Translations under genes and position numbers: made by a program
In this document: in pieces, positions 1-10,642 of the stretch
How positions within the stretch are numbered: position 1 is the first letter of the stretch
Layout: each line of letters begins with the position of its first letter
NCBI GenBank assembly: GCA_051313645.2
Contig: JBNRSN020000003.1
Span: forward strand, 494,078,001 to 494,142,000
Source: Centroscyllium fabricii
Taxonomy: Eukaryota
Length of the DNA: 64,000 bases
Direction: 5' to 3'
Notes under the pieces: model-generated
What the model was told of the DNA's origin: nothing
Database searches by the model: none
The model's input: only the letters and a program-made list of their open reading frames with translations

Positions 1-487
1 CATTAAAAAGAAAGGAAACGATGTTTCGAGCCGTCTTTGTTCGAATCTACACTGTTACATTGGCCAAACTGTATCCTTCCCATTTTTGTATGTTTTCGAA
101 TTGAATTTCCCAACTGACAACTATGACAAAACTTAAAACTCCTGAATAATTGTATTTCTTGCTTTTTGGCAGATGGAACTCTGCTACCCTAGAAACTGCA
201 GGAACAAGTCATTTCAAATCATTGGCGCGCAGATATACCTCGAACTTGGCATAGCATTGGTCTGAAGTCGATTCAAAACTAAGCACTGTACTTCAAAAGA
301 AGTCAAGGTCTGGTTAGCTATGCACAAAACGGGCCCTTATAACATAATTTCTCTATATTGCAGACACTGGATGTTAAAGAGCGTGAATCGAAACCAAAGG
401 CATGCAAGGTTTCTCAGTTTTCAGGGGTGGGGGACACAGTGCCTTAACTTAAAATCAAAATTGGTCTTTTCCATTGTTAAGATGACG

Positions 488-542
488 GGCCGTTTAGCAC
501 AGTTGGTTAGAGTGTGATGCGAGTAACGCCGAGGTCTCGGGT
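488..542 (+). pseudogene. Truncated tRNA-Ile(AAT)-derived sequence (pseudogene or SINE head)
   Basis: GGCCGTTTAGCACAGTTGGTTAGAGTGTGATGCGAGTAACGCCGAGGTCTCGGGT aligns to the 5' three-quarters of vertebrate tRNA-Ile-AAT. The anticodon arm is mutated; the T-loop and 3' acceptor strand are missing. Confidence 0.7.
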
Positions 543-953
543 GTGTGGGGGTCATTCACGAGGATGGATTTGTTGGACTCGTGGTATGATTCTGGCTTCA
601 AGGTTTTTGGGCAGCAGCAGGACGGCCGCAGGGGCTGGACTTAACATCCAATGGCTTGCCCCCTCCCCATTGTGTGACCACCTGAACTAAAGAAGATAAC
701 CTTATTAATGCTGCAGAGAATCGGCAAAAGATATTTTATGACATAGCAGCCCTTCACATAACATCTGCCGTATGAAAAAGAACGGCCACTTTCCGTAGAA
801 TGAACCAAGAATCTCCACCAGCGATTGCAAAACTTGACCATGGAATGAGAAATTCAACAAGTGTGCGCCGCAGCGCAAACCTTTGGCACTGTCCCCACAA
901 GGCCATGCCACGCATCGTGCTCCCTGGAGTGGGGACGAGTCCTCAATCTTATA

Positions 954-1179
954 CGATAACAAAATACTGCAGATGCTGGAAATCCGAAATAACATCAGAA
1001 AATGATGGAAAAACTCAGCAGGCCAGGCAGCATCCGTGAAGAGAGAAATAGGAGTCAATGTTTCGGGTCGGGACCCTTTCTCAAGACTTGATAAACGATC
1101 CCGATCCGAAACGTTGACTCCTATTTCTCTCTTATGGATGTTGCCTGAACTACTGAGATTTTCCAGCATGTTCTGTTGT
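954..1179. mobile_element. Fold-back Penelope-type insertion, family A, with degenerate hammerhead cores
   Basis: Inverted arms around 1085; 14-bp TSD TCCTCAATCTTATA at 940-953 and 1180-1193. Confidence 0.75.
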
Positions 1180-1811
1180 TCCTCAATCTTATATACTGGG
1201 CACTCCCCAACATACAAACCTTTCCAGATCATTTCTAAACCAAATCTTGGCCAATAATAATATAGCATCCGAAATAAGGGGACGGTTTATACAACCGGTA
1301 GTAAGTACAATCTGAGGCATTTTACCAACTTAAACCGTAGCGTCCACCAGCAATGTTAAAACAAACTGCGCCGAGCTCCTGGTTTCGAGAAACAGGACAG
1401 GGGGACAATTGTGTCTGGTATGGGTTTGCATTCATCGTTGAATTATTTGGTGGTATTTAATTATGAAACCGTTTCAGCTGATAGCCAGGATCTATATGCT
1501 GTTACAAGCAAATATTTGGACAACCCCAGACTGTTGGACTGAGACTGGACCGATATTAATAATGTGTACAGAGCAACGCAGGAGAAATTACCAAATGTTG
1601 TGATTAAATATGTATAACGTTTTTGCTGAATATCTTGGCATGTTGTCATTTACCAAATCACATGAGATTCAACGTGTTTTAAGACTAATAATCATGGATT
1701 CGAGGAGGAAATCAGATACATGACTCAGGATCTGCAATGCAAGTAATCTCCAGTAACCGACCAAGTGTGAGGGAACAATATGGGCCAATCAGTGCGACAG
1801 TACCTGCTAAT

Positions 1812-1965
1812 ATTTAAGGGCCAGTTGGATAAGCGCATGAGGAGGGAGAAGGGACGAGAGGATTATGCTGATAGTGTTAGATGAGGAAAGACGGGAGGAG
1901 GTTCGAGTAGAGCATAAACGCCGGCATGGACTAGTTGGGCCGAAAGGCCTGTTTCTGTGCCGGAT
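1812..1965 (+). mobile_element. CR1-type LINE 3' tail fragment
   Basis: ...GAGCATAAACGCCGGCATGGACTAGTTGGGCCGAAAGGCCTGTTTCTGTGC followed by a tail repeat. Confidence 0.65.
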
Positions 1966-2038
1966 ATCCTATGCATGTAATCCTATGCATGTAATCCTAT
2001 GTATGTAATCCTATGTATGTAATCCTATGTATGGAATC
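1966..2038 (+). repeat. 14-bp tandem repeat (ATCCTATGYATGTA) x~5, expanded LINE tail
   Basis: Directly visible units. Confidence 0.9.
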
Positions 2039-2121
2039 TTTATACTCGACAATTAGAATGCCCAACACATTGGCATTCATCCTATGGTGAACTTATCTCA
2101 TTAGGATACCAGTCCCACGGA

Positions 2122-2268
2122 TGAAGAACTTCCATTTATATCGCACCTTTCACAACCTCAGGACGTCCCAGAGCGCGTTCACAGTCAATGAAATACTTCT
2201 GAAATGTAGTCACTGTTGTAAAGTGGGAAACTCGACAGACAATTTGCGCCCAACGAGTCCCCACCAAA
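2122..2268 (-). mobile_element. SacSINE1/DeuSINE-like 3' fragment
   Basis: Reverse complement of the tail seen at 39950-40082 and 37180-37335. Confidence 0.7.
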
Positions 2269-3478
2269 CGAACTTTGGCTCAGCTGGACTATCGCACATC
2301 ATCACAGCTCTGCGCAGTTGCCGAATTTGTAAGAGAAACGGCCCTGTCACCGCTTTGAAATGTTAACTTAGATGTCCTCCCATTAATAATTGAGATAAAA
2401 TCGCCAACTTGTTGAATTGCCATGTGTGGGAGGAAGGGTGCCATGGGAGAGGAAGGGAATGTGATAGGTGCAAGCTCAAAATACTATCGTTACATTGGCT
2501 GATGGTTGCGATGTTGGTGTTTCCAGTTACAATAAATAAATGACTGACAGTGTTTTTTGAAAATGAAATGCATTCCTTCAAACCAAACCGCAGCTGACAG
2601 CTTGAAATGCAAAGACACCTCATCCAAATCTCAACTACAATCGAACGCCCTCTGTAATACACTTTCGAAAACTAACATAGGAAATATGATTCAAGCATCG
2701 AACCAAAACCATTGAGACGAAGCAGAAAAGGCTTGGTTATCTCAATCCACTTTCGATTATAAATCCGTTTATGTTATTTTCGTATTAGCGACACAAATCG
2801 GCTCCGCTTTCAAATCTACCTGAAAAAGCAAGAGTCGAATACAGCAATATTTACTTATAGTTTAGAGTGCTCGTTACAAATAAGAACTAACATTTCCAAC
2901 CTGCGCATAGTGTTGCAGCTCTTTAACTTTCCATCTTTTAATTAGAGTTTTAGAGATGAGCATTCTTCACATATACATCAATCGTGACATTGCTTCTAGA
3001 ATACAATAGCTGTAGAGTATCTGTCGTGGAAACACAGTATATCGAGTTTAAAATGTGATTCGTTTATTGGGCAGTGGTCAACAAATCCCAGGCCTCATCA
3101 ACTTGAAAAGGCATCCACACAAGTCGGTAAACGGCCACAAACTCATCAAAGTCTTACGCACAATGCCAAAAAGAACTTATTCCACTCAAAACCACCACCC
3201 GATTGAAAGCGCATCTCATAAGGTTTACTTGTGGTTTATCGTGAAGTTGGAATCTGAAGAATGTAATGCAACGAAACAAATTACGTCGAAATGAATTTAA
3301 AAGGGAAGTAGGCCAGTTTCACTGTAACTTTTTAAGTGTATGTTAGCTATTTAAAACGTTTCCGCTTCGGCCTGTTAGCCATGTCTGATGTAATGTGAAG
3401 GTGCCGGTGTTGGACTGGGGTGGACAAATGCAAGAAGTCACACAACACCAGATTATAGTCCAACAGTTTTATTTTAAA

Positions 3479-3516
3479 TCACAAGCTTTCGGAGCTTCTA
3501 CCCCTTCGTCAGGTGA
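3479..3516 (-). ncRNA. Minimal type I hammerhead ribozyme motif (mirror copy)
   Basis: Reverse complement reads TCAC-CTGACGA-A-GGGGT(AGAA)GCTCC-GAAA-GC-TT-GTGA. Confidence 0.68.
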
Positions 3517-3544
3517 AAGAGACTGACTTAAAAGTCAGTCTCTT

Positions 3545-3582
3545 TCACCTGACGAAGGGGCAGAAGCTCCGAAAGCTTGTGA
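3545..3582 (+). ncRNA. Minimal type I hammerhead ribozyme motif
   Basis: TCAC-CTGACGA-A-GGGGC(AGAA)GCTCC-GAAA-GC-TT-GTGA: core boxes, stem II, palindromic AAGCTT stem III and stem I TCAC/GTGA. Confidence 0.7.
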
Positions 3583-3769
3583 TTTAAAATAAAACTGTTG
3601 GACTACAATCTGGTGTTGCATGTCTGATGTAGGCAGGTATGCGTGCTTGCATCAGTATTTCTGGACGCCAAGAACACACTGAAAGTGAGACACGTCAGAG
3701 AAGAAGCTGTACCTGTATAACTACACTGCACACCGCTTTCTCCGAGGGCCTTGGTAGTAATTTGGGGGA

Positions 3770-3915
3770 AATAACAACATAAAATGCTGGAAACACAGCA
3801 GTTCAGGCAGCATCCGTGAAGAGAGAGATAAGAGTCAACGTTCACTGATGTTGCCTGAACCGTTGAGTTTTTCCAGCATTTGCAGTTGTTATTTCGGATT
3901 TCCAGCATCTGCAGT
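3770..3915. mobile_element. Fold-back Penelope-type insertion, family A
   Basis: Inverted arms; direct repeat ATTTGGGGGA at 3760-3769 and 3916-3925. Confidence 0.7.
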
Positions 3916-6900
3916 ATTTGGGGGAGCGTGTCCCACCCCCCTTTCCAAAATGGGTGTATTTTCTCCGAGTGCTGCGGATTATCCGAGTTTTCTGAGAATC
4001 AGTAGTGCGAACACGTGCTAGTAAGAAAACATTTAAACAACCCACTTGCTTCACAAGCGAATCCGCTAACTTCTTACGCCGACAGGAAACATTTCTACCT
4101 TGCTTTGTTTGATCATTAAAGTTGCATTTTCATCATTGTGCAAAAGGAAGATTAAACTGATCCTGATGGGGGCAGGGGATATATTGAAAACATACCTCTC
4201 ACCAACTGCAATTGGACGTCAAACATGCACGTTGCATCTGATCAAATTAGTACTAAACTGAAATAATACTAGGCTGTGAGGTTTAACAGGTTAACTCGTC
4301 GAAAACATCCTTTCGAAGATTCCCCATAGGATATGTTAGTACATTTGAGGCCTCTTTTGCTTTTACAACTGAAAGTGTGTGATATATTTCTCTTCCGCGG
4401 GAACAGATTAACCTTCCCGGAGAGAACCTGCATCTTTGAACCAATATAATCACTTCGTCATTGTAAGCCACAGGCTCACAACTGCATGGTTATTAGAACG
4501 ACCTCTGACTTGAGCGACTGGCTAGCGTTAAGATGCATAACTGGACAGAACGGATAAAATATGTGTTTGCTTAACCATCTTAACTCGGCGGTGAAGAATT
4601 GTAGCGACATAGCCTTTACGTAAAATGGAGCTAAAAGTCATGATTAATAACACACCACTTGGCGCCAACAACAGGCCGCGTTAAAGATACATGCCTTTAA
4701 TCCTCCATTGAGAGAGAACAGAGATCGCACTGGCTAAGCGACATGCTCCTTCGGCTGATGTCTCCAACAGTTTTGCAGTACTTTTCATCTTTTGCAGCAT
4801 TTCCTGTTAACTCGTAAACTTTTGATTGATAGGAAACTGATTAACCTGCCCGGGGTTACACATGTATACTTGCTGTACAAGTGATCTATAAAAACAAAAT
4901 AAGATTTTTTAGCAGGATGCTTGTTCGGCTCCATTAGTTGCTTTCTGTCAAAAGAACACGAATGCGTTTTTTTTTAAACCCAGCGATACATTTACAGAAA
5001 CTCAAATGTACTGGCTGTTCCTCAGAGCTTAAGGGACTAATAACCTGAGACCATTCCTAATTTGAAAAGTTAGATAATTTGTCGGAAGTAAATAAATTTC
5101 TAGACGTTATTCTGCAGTCGACAATATTAAACAGGGTTTCCTTTTGCATCGGGTGCACAGCCTTCTCCACACAAACCACATAACTGGATAGGCCCTCTGT
5201 TATGTAGAAATGCGGCTTATTTGTTTCTCTATTAAGTTATGTTAATTGTATACTAATATTTATTTTCTTTAAATTACCCCAGTCTGGCAATGGAATCTGC
5301 TGGAGACTGGTTACTATAAACTTAGCTCTGAAGTATGAGTGTTACGATTGAACAGTCGCCTCTAAATAAATGGCGTTGTATACTAAAATATTTTCCAATT
5401 GACTGACCTTAATATTGTACTGAGAATTGTGAGAAATTGTGTAGAAATTCACTTAAACGTTAGACATAAGTACACCATTTTGGAAGTTCTGGGACTAATT
5501 TGTTGCAATGATTATATTTTCCTTCTTCAGCTTGTTATTCACTGTGTGTCACAGTAATGACATATTTTATTTGGAGTGCTACATTATTTTATTTCTAAAT
5601 TTCATTTTATTGCTGCTCGCGAACAACTTTTGAAATGTTCACTTTAACGCGGATTAATTTAAGTTCGTCATGTGAATAACTTTGAGTTTCTTGCAATGAA
5701 TGGACTACAGCAACAGAAATGTTTTCTTTTAAATGTGCATCGCCGTTAATTACATAACCTTTGCTTATATTCCATTGCAAACTTTTCCATTTGACTTGAA
5801 TTAACCCCAGTTGCGGCGTCCCTATATGATATTCTACATTTAAACATTTAATAACACCGCAAGGTATGGGTTGCCGTACAGTTTATTGAAAACTCGGTAT
5901 AATAAGTAAATAACGGTTTGATATATGTTAACATATGACTTTCGAAAGACACAGCAAATCCATTAAACACAGTTACATTGAAATATAATCGAAATTGCTT
6001 TAGGATACCATTTCGCATCATCATTAGTAATACACCACGCAATGTACATTATAGACTTGGTATAACGGCATGGAATTAACCATTTATTACATAGATGTAT
6101 TCATCTCAATTTAATATAAACAGAGTTTCAGATTTACATTTGTATTTACACGTTAGGCCTTTAAAGTAATAAAGCATTTCGAAAGTAAATATAGTGCTCA
6201 GTTCGATATGTGTATGTGGAGATTCTGATTAAGGATGTCCATAGCAAGACTGGGTTAACACAAAACTTGTTGAATCTCTAACAGCCGCTATTATGTGACT
6301 CAAATCTGTTAACATTCTCCGATTACTAACTACAGGGAGTGGTAAAATAGAAATGGTTGCCTTTACAGCTTCCTGGTGAAAGACTCTTAAATAACACTTT
6401 ATTTAGAAATATATCAGCTTAAAAGTTAGAGAGGTTCTGTATGTAAAGTAAAATTAACCCAAATGAAATGCGACACCCGCTGAATTCAGTGTTATTTCTT
6501 ACTTGTGCTATTGTGAATTGGGATGATTGGATAACTAGAAAATTTACGAAACGCCCAAAATCCCGAAAGATAATCATTCCTTGTTCTGCTGCTATTTAAA
6601 TCATGTGAATAATTGCTTTTAGATCTTAACTCCACCTCACATTGACCTGTTATAACCCGTATTACAGTGACAAGTGTTCTGAGAGACAATGATGCAAAAA
6701 ATGCAAGTGGTAGTTTTGCATTATTCATCATGTGATGCTCTTAAAGAATACATCCACAGAAACATATAATAATGTAACAGTATCTTGAGTTTATTGCACT
6801 TCATGGAATCCATGATCAAGCTGCATGGGCCGGTATATATGAGCCGGAAGGCTTTTCTAATTCAACCTATTTTGTCCTTAGGCTTCGGGGTTTTATTTCT

Positions 6901-8249
6901 ATCGCAGAAGTTGTGTCAGAGAAAAGTAATTTCATCAAACAATAATTTTAAAGGAGAAGAACAGCTCAGTTAAAGACCCCCGGGGAACGTACAAAATTAT
7001 CCAACAATAAATACTGGCGCACCCCCATTTCCACATGAGCTTTCTCTGCCTCTAAGACTTATACGAGCCTGCACACATATTGGATTGAATTGGGTGCCTG
7101 CCCGTTGTTGTGCCGGATAACCGGACCGGCTTCCCATGGTGCTGTTTGCAGCCAAAACACCTTCTGTAGTAAAGTAGGACTCCGCCTGTTTCTGAAAAAA
7201 TTAATTGCATATGGTGAAAATATAGCTGTAATCACGCGATTTTGCACAGTCTTGTAAATGTAGATTTGATTTAGTTCCCACCTTTAGAATTTAAAGGACC
7301 ATTGCGTTTATCTGACGCCTGCGTGAGTTTAAATGGACAATATTATGCAGCACGCATTATTTAGCCACATCATCGCAAATGCAATTATTACGAGCGATCA
7401 AATATATTATTCTACCACAGCACTATTTGGAGGCCTATTTACATTTGTCATATTTATTGGGCGCGATCATTGCTTTATATACCTTTCTCGCACTCTTTAA
7501 GCCTCTGTGACTTTTAAATTGCCCCTAACTAGATGTAGTACGATGCCAAAAACAAGTTATTTCAAAAAGCTATCCCCATCACGAGGTTTATGTCAACAAG
7601 AAGGAACTATAAAAGTTTTAGAGCACATAAACGAGCACACTTTATAAATAGCTACTAATAAGCGTTACAAATCAGGCCGGCTTCACTCACCGCAAGTACT
7701 TGCCAATCGAGACTGCCAATATCCTAAATACAAAACCTTTAGGTCATTGATGCTCTTTGCAACCCCAACCCCCTTTTCACTCAATGTAATCTTAACACTT
7801 TTTTTAATTGGCATTACACATGTATTATTAAATGTGCCAGGCGCACGACGTCACAATAAAACATTCTTAGCATTTTTAACAATTCGGCGCTGGAGGAACC
7901 GAACGATTTAACCTTAGTTTCTGTTGGCCGTGTTAGAGAATTAGATTTTTTTTAAACCACTGGCAATAATTGGTTCCCAGCCTCTATCTTTTGATACTGG
8001 GAACCAACAGGTTATCAATTACTATATATAGCAAAGTACTTGTCACCGAAGTGTCTGTACGTTCATTTGACAAGGTTTGAGCCAATACCACAAATCGAGC
8101 AGGCGAGGGCCTCGTTAAATTCAAAATATAAATTTGTGTCACCCGAGTCCAAACTCTACATATTGCAAATCCTAAGAAAAGTCTGCAGTGTTAGCATTAC
8201 AGGATTTGAAATCCTGCTGTAAAATTCACCGATTGAACATTACCCGTTT

Positions 8250-8627
8250 GATACAAATGTCATTCCCATTGGCAGGAGTGCTCTTGATTCAGGTTAACCC
8301 TCCGCTGTCGTTGCAGTCAACCGGCACAAAGTCGAGTTGCGTGATGGTGACGTTGGCGAGTTCTATAGGTGACTGGCTGATGCTACCGCCGATATTCCCG
8401 CGGCATTCTTTATCTATTGGCGTGTGACTAGTAATACACTATTATTAAATTCGTTCAAGAGGCTGAACCGGTTTAATACCGAAGTTACTTGGCGTTGTCG
8501 ATGTAGCTGGGCCGAGGAATCCTTGGGACTGAACCAGACATTCTAAAAAAAATCTACAAGTCTGAACCCAACATAAATGAAAGCTGGTGTTTTATTTCAC
8601 AGATTACAGGAATATTACACCACGTCG
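8250..8627 (+). promoter_or_regulatory. tbx5: Candidate tbx5 promoter / non-coding exon 1
   Basis: Block GTTGCGTGATGGTGACGT..AGTTCTATAGGTG..CTTTATCTATTGGCGTGTGACTAGTAATA resembles the human TBX5 5' UTR as I recall it; ATTGG boxes; donor CG|GTAGGT at 8627/8628. Confidence 0.55.
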
Positions 8628-10059
8628 GTAGGTCATATATCTCAATTACAATAATTCTGATGTAATGTATTTTGGGGACGGGTAAAATGTATTTTTGTTT
8701 AATGTATTTTAACGTGAATCTTTCCACTTTTTATACTCCAGGATTTTCAGATTTACTATCACATCTTTAAAATCCGTATGTTGTAATGATCTATCCGTTT
8801 TATTTGTAAAAGCACGATGTCCAGTTGGAGAATTTGAAATCAGATTTTATATCTATCCTTTACCAAATATCCCAGAAATAGGTTTGAACCGTAGCCTCTC
8901 CTAAACAATACAAAAATATGTGATGGATGGACGGAATTTCTGCCTTCGGCTAAAATGTTATTTTTATCGCCCTAGTATTAAACGAGCCAGTCAGGTAAAT
9001 GCTTGGGGTCGGCGAATCAGCTGAACTAGCACTGTCAAAATATTAGGAAAGATAATGGAAATCGTTCTTCGTTATTTGCCCGGTAGGTCTACTTATGCGA
9101 GGTTTCTCTGGCCTGTACAGAGGGCAAATTACAATGATTTGGGTCAGAGTTGTTCTTCTGTTTACATGTGACGAGTTCTTTATTATGGTATTTCCAGGAA
9201 TATTCTGCATCTTCATCTATGGTCAGCTGCTGTGAGCGTCACAGTAATGGCTACACGACATTACTGACTGTGAGCATACAACAGTGACCCTGACCTGAAA
9301 CTGCTGTGCGTCGCTAGCTATTATATATGATTTTCCACCGAAGAAAGTTTAGATTTAGAAAAAAAGGTATTTTTGTCCTTACATTTTACGAAGGGATACA
9401 CCGTGCATTAGCAGAGACTTTATTAATATGTCGTGTATGCCCCAAACCGCCGAGGAACGCGTACGACATTCAACTGTAAAATATATTTGATGATACATAC
9501 AGAATTATGAAGAATCATGGACCCGTTTCCTTATCAAAAATACAGTTCGCAATCTGGTTCTTTTCAGAGTGTAGAATGCGACAGCACGCCGTTCAGCAGA
9601 CTCTGAGCTATTCAATGACACTCTACAATCAAGGTGAAAACAATCCTGCAGACTCAAATGGCGTTTGCTTGTTTCAATCAAAGCGAAAGTTGTTTATATT
9701 TAAACTGGAGTGCCCCAGCAATAATGTATACAACACGGTAACATCGTGCTTAATTTCCTCCGTTTCTAGTTGCAAAACATAAACTACACACACAATCTCC
9801 CCCCGCCCCACTCCACCTCTGACAAATACAAAAAAACACGAAAGTACTCGGTTCTGTATCGCAATACTTGCTTCTTCAGACAGGCTTGTTACTTTCTTGA
9901 TTTCTGTTTCTCCCATCTGGATAACGTCATGGTGAACTGCGAAGTTATCTACAACCTAAAAGGGGAATCGGATTTGCATTTCACGGCGCTCAGTGAAGTT
10001 TTTTTTCAGAGTGATCGTTAGGTCCAGTCCAGTGTGAAAGGATTCTTGGTTTTTTTTGA

Positions 10060-10642
10060 GGGGTGAAGGGGGTGGGTGAAGGCGGGAGGGGGGGGGGCGG
10101 GGAGCGGTGGTGGGGGGACACGAGTTGGCTTTTGGTTCAAAAAAAAAGGACCAAGATGGATGGTGGGGTGCTGTTGAGTTTCAGAGTGTCTTTGTGCTGT
10201 GCTTGTGCTGCCAGGATGCTGGGGGGTCTGGGATGAGTCGCTCTGTGTGGATCAGCGCTGGTTGGACAGGCGCTCAGCACTTTGAGAGCACGAAAGGCTC
10301 CCCACGTCACTCCAGTCAGCGCGCTTCCCTGGATGTGCACGCATTTCCTATATTACACACACTCAGCACCCACCAAATCTACCTTATGGGGGAACTCCTT
10401 TCCCACTTGCACGCTGAACGGCGAGTTTTTTGCGGCTAGATGCCCCAAACAGTCCGATAAGGCCTTATCTTTTTCTCAGGATCCCCCTTGCGCGTCTGGC
10501 AACCTGGAAGTGTTTGGAGAAGTGCAGTACCTCTGGAGATCTATGGATTGTTCAGCCCGGGATGTGTACTGTGCCTAACCGGGGGAAGACAACGATTGAG
10601 AAGGATTGTATATATACCCTTTCACTGTGGAGAGATCGGAAG
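10060..10642 (+). promoter_or_regulatory. Candidate alternative promoter / non-coding exon (G-rich tract, CRE-like CACGTCA, donor AG|GTAAAT)
   Basis: GC/CpG-rich segment with G-runs at 10070-10118 and GGGGCGGGG; TATA-like CCTATATTA near 10347; donor at 10642/10643. Confidence 0.4.

Larger units (their letters stand above)
3393..3618. mobile_element. Fold-back Penelope-type insertion, family B, with two hammerhead ribozyme cores
   Basis: Near-perfect 176-bp palindrome 3443-3618; 13-bp TSD CATGTCTGATGTA at 3380-3392 and 3619-3631. Confidence 0.85.

Noticed and set aside
488-560. Functional tRNA gene
   Set aside because: No B-box/T-loop or 3' acceptor strand, and the anticodon arm is mutated.
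705-1268. 187-aa minus-strand ORF and similar ORFs at 18274, 20739 and 21171
   Set aside because: They are translations of the fold-back repeat family A, with no domain signal and no splice context.
1966-2038. Regular repeat as a CRISPR-like array
   Set aside because: Head-to-tail 14-mers with no spacers, attached to a LINE tail in a eukaryotic genome.
3443-3618. Hairpin as a pre-miRNA or classical MITE
   Set aside because: It is multi-copy with long variable TSDs, an asymmetric extension and copy-specific centres, which fits retro-insertion better.
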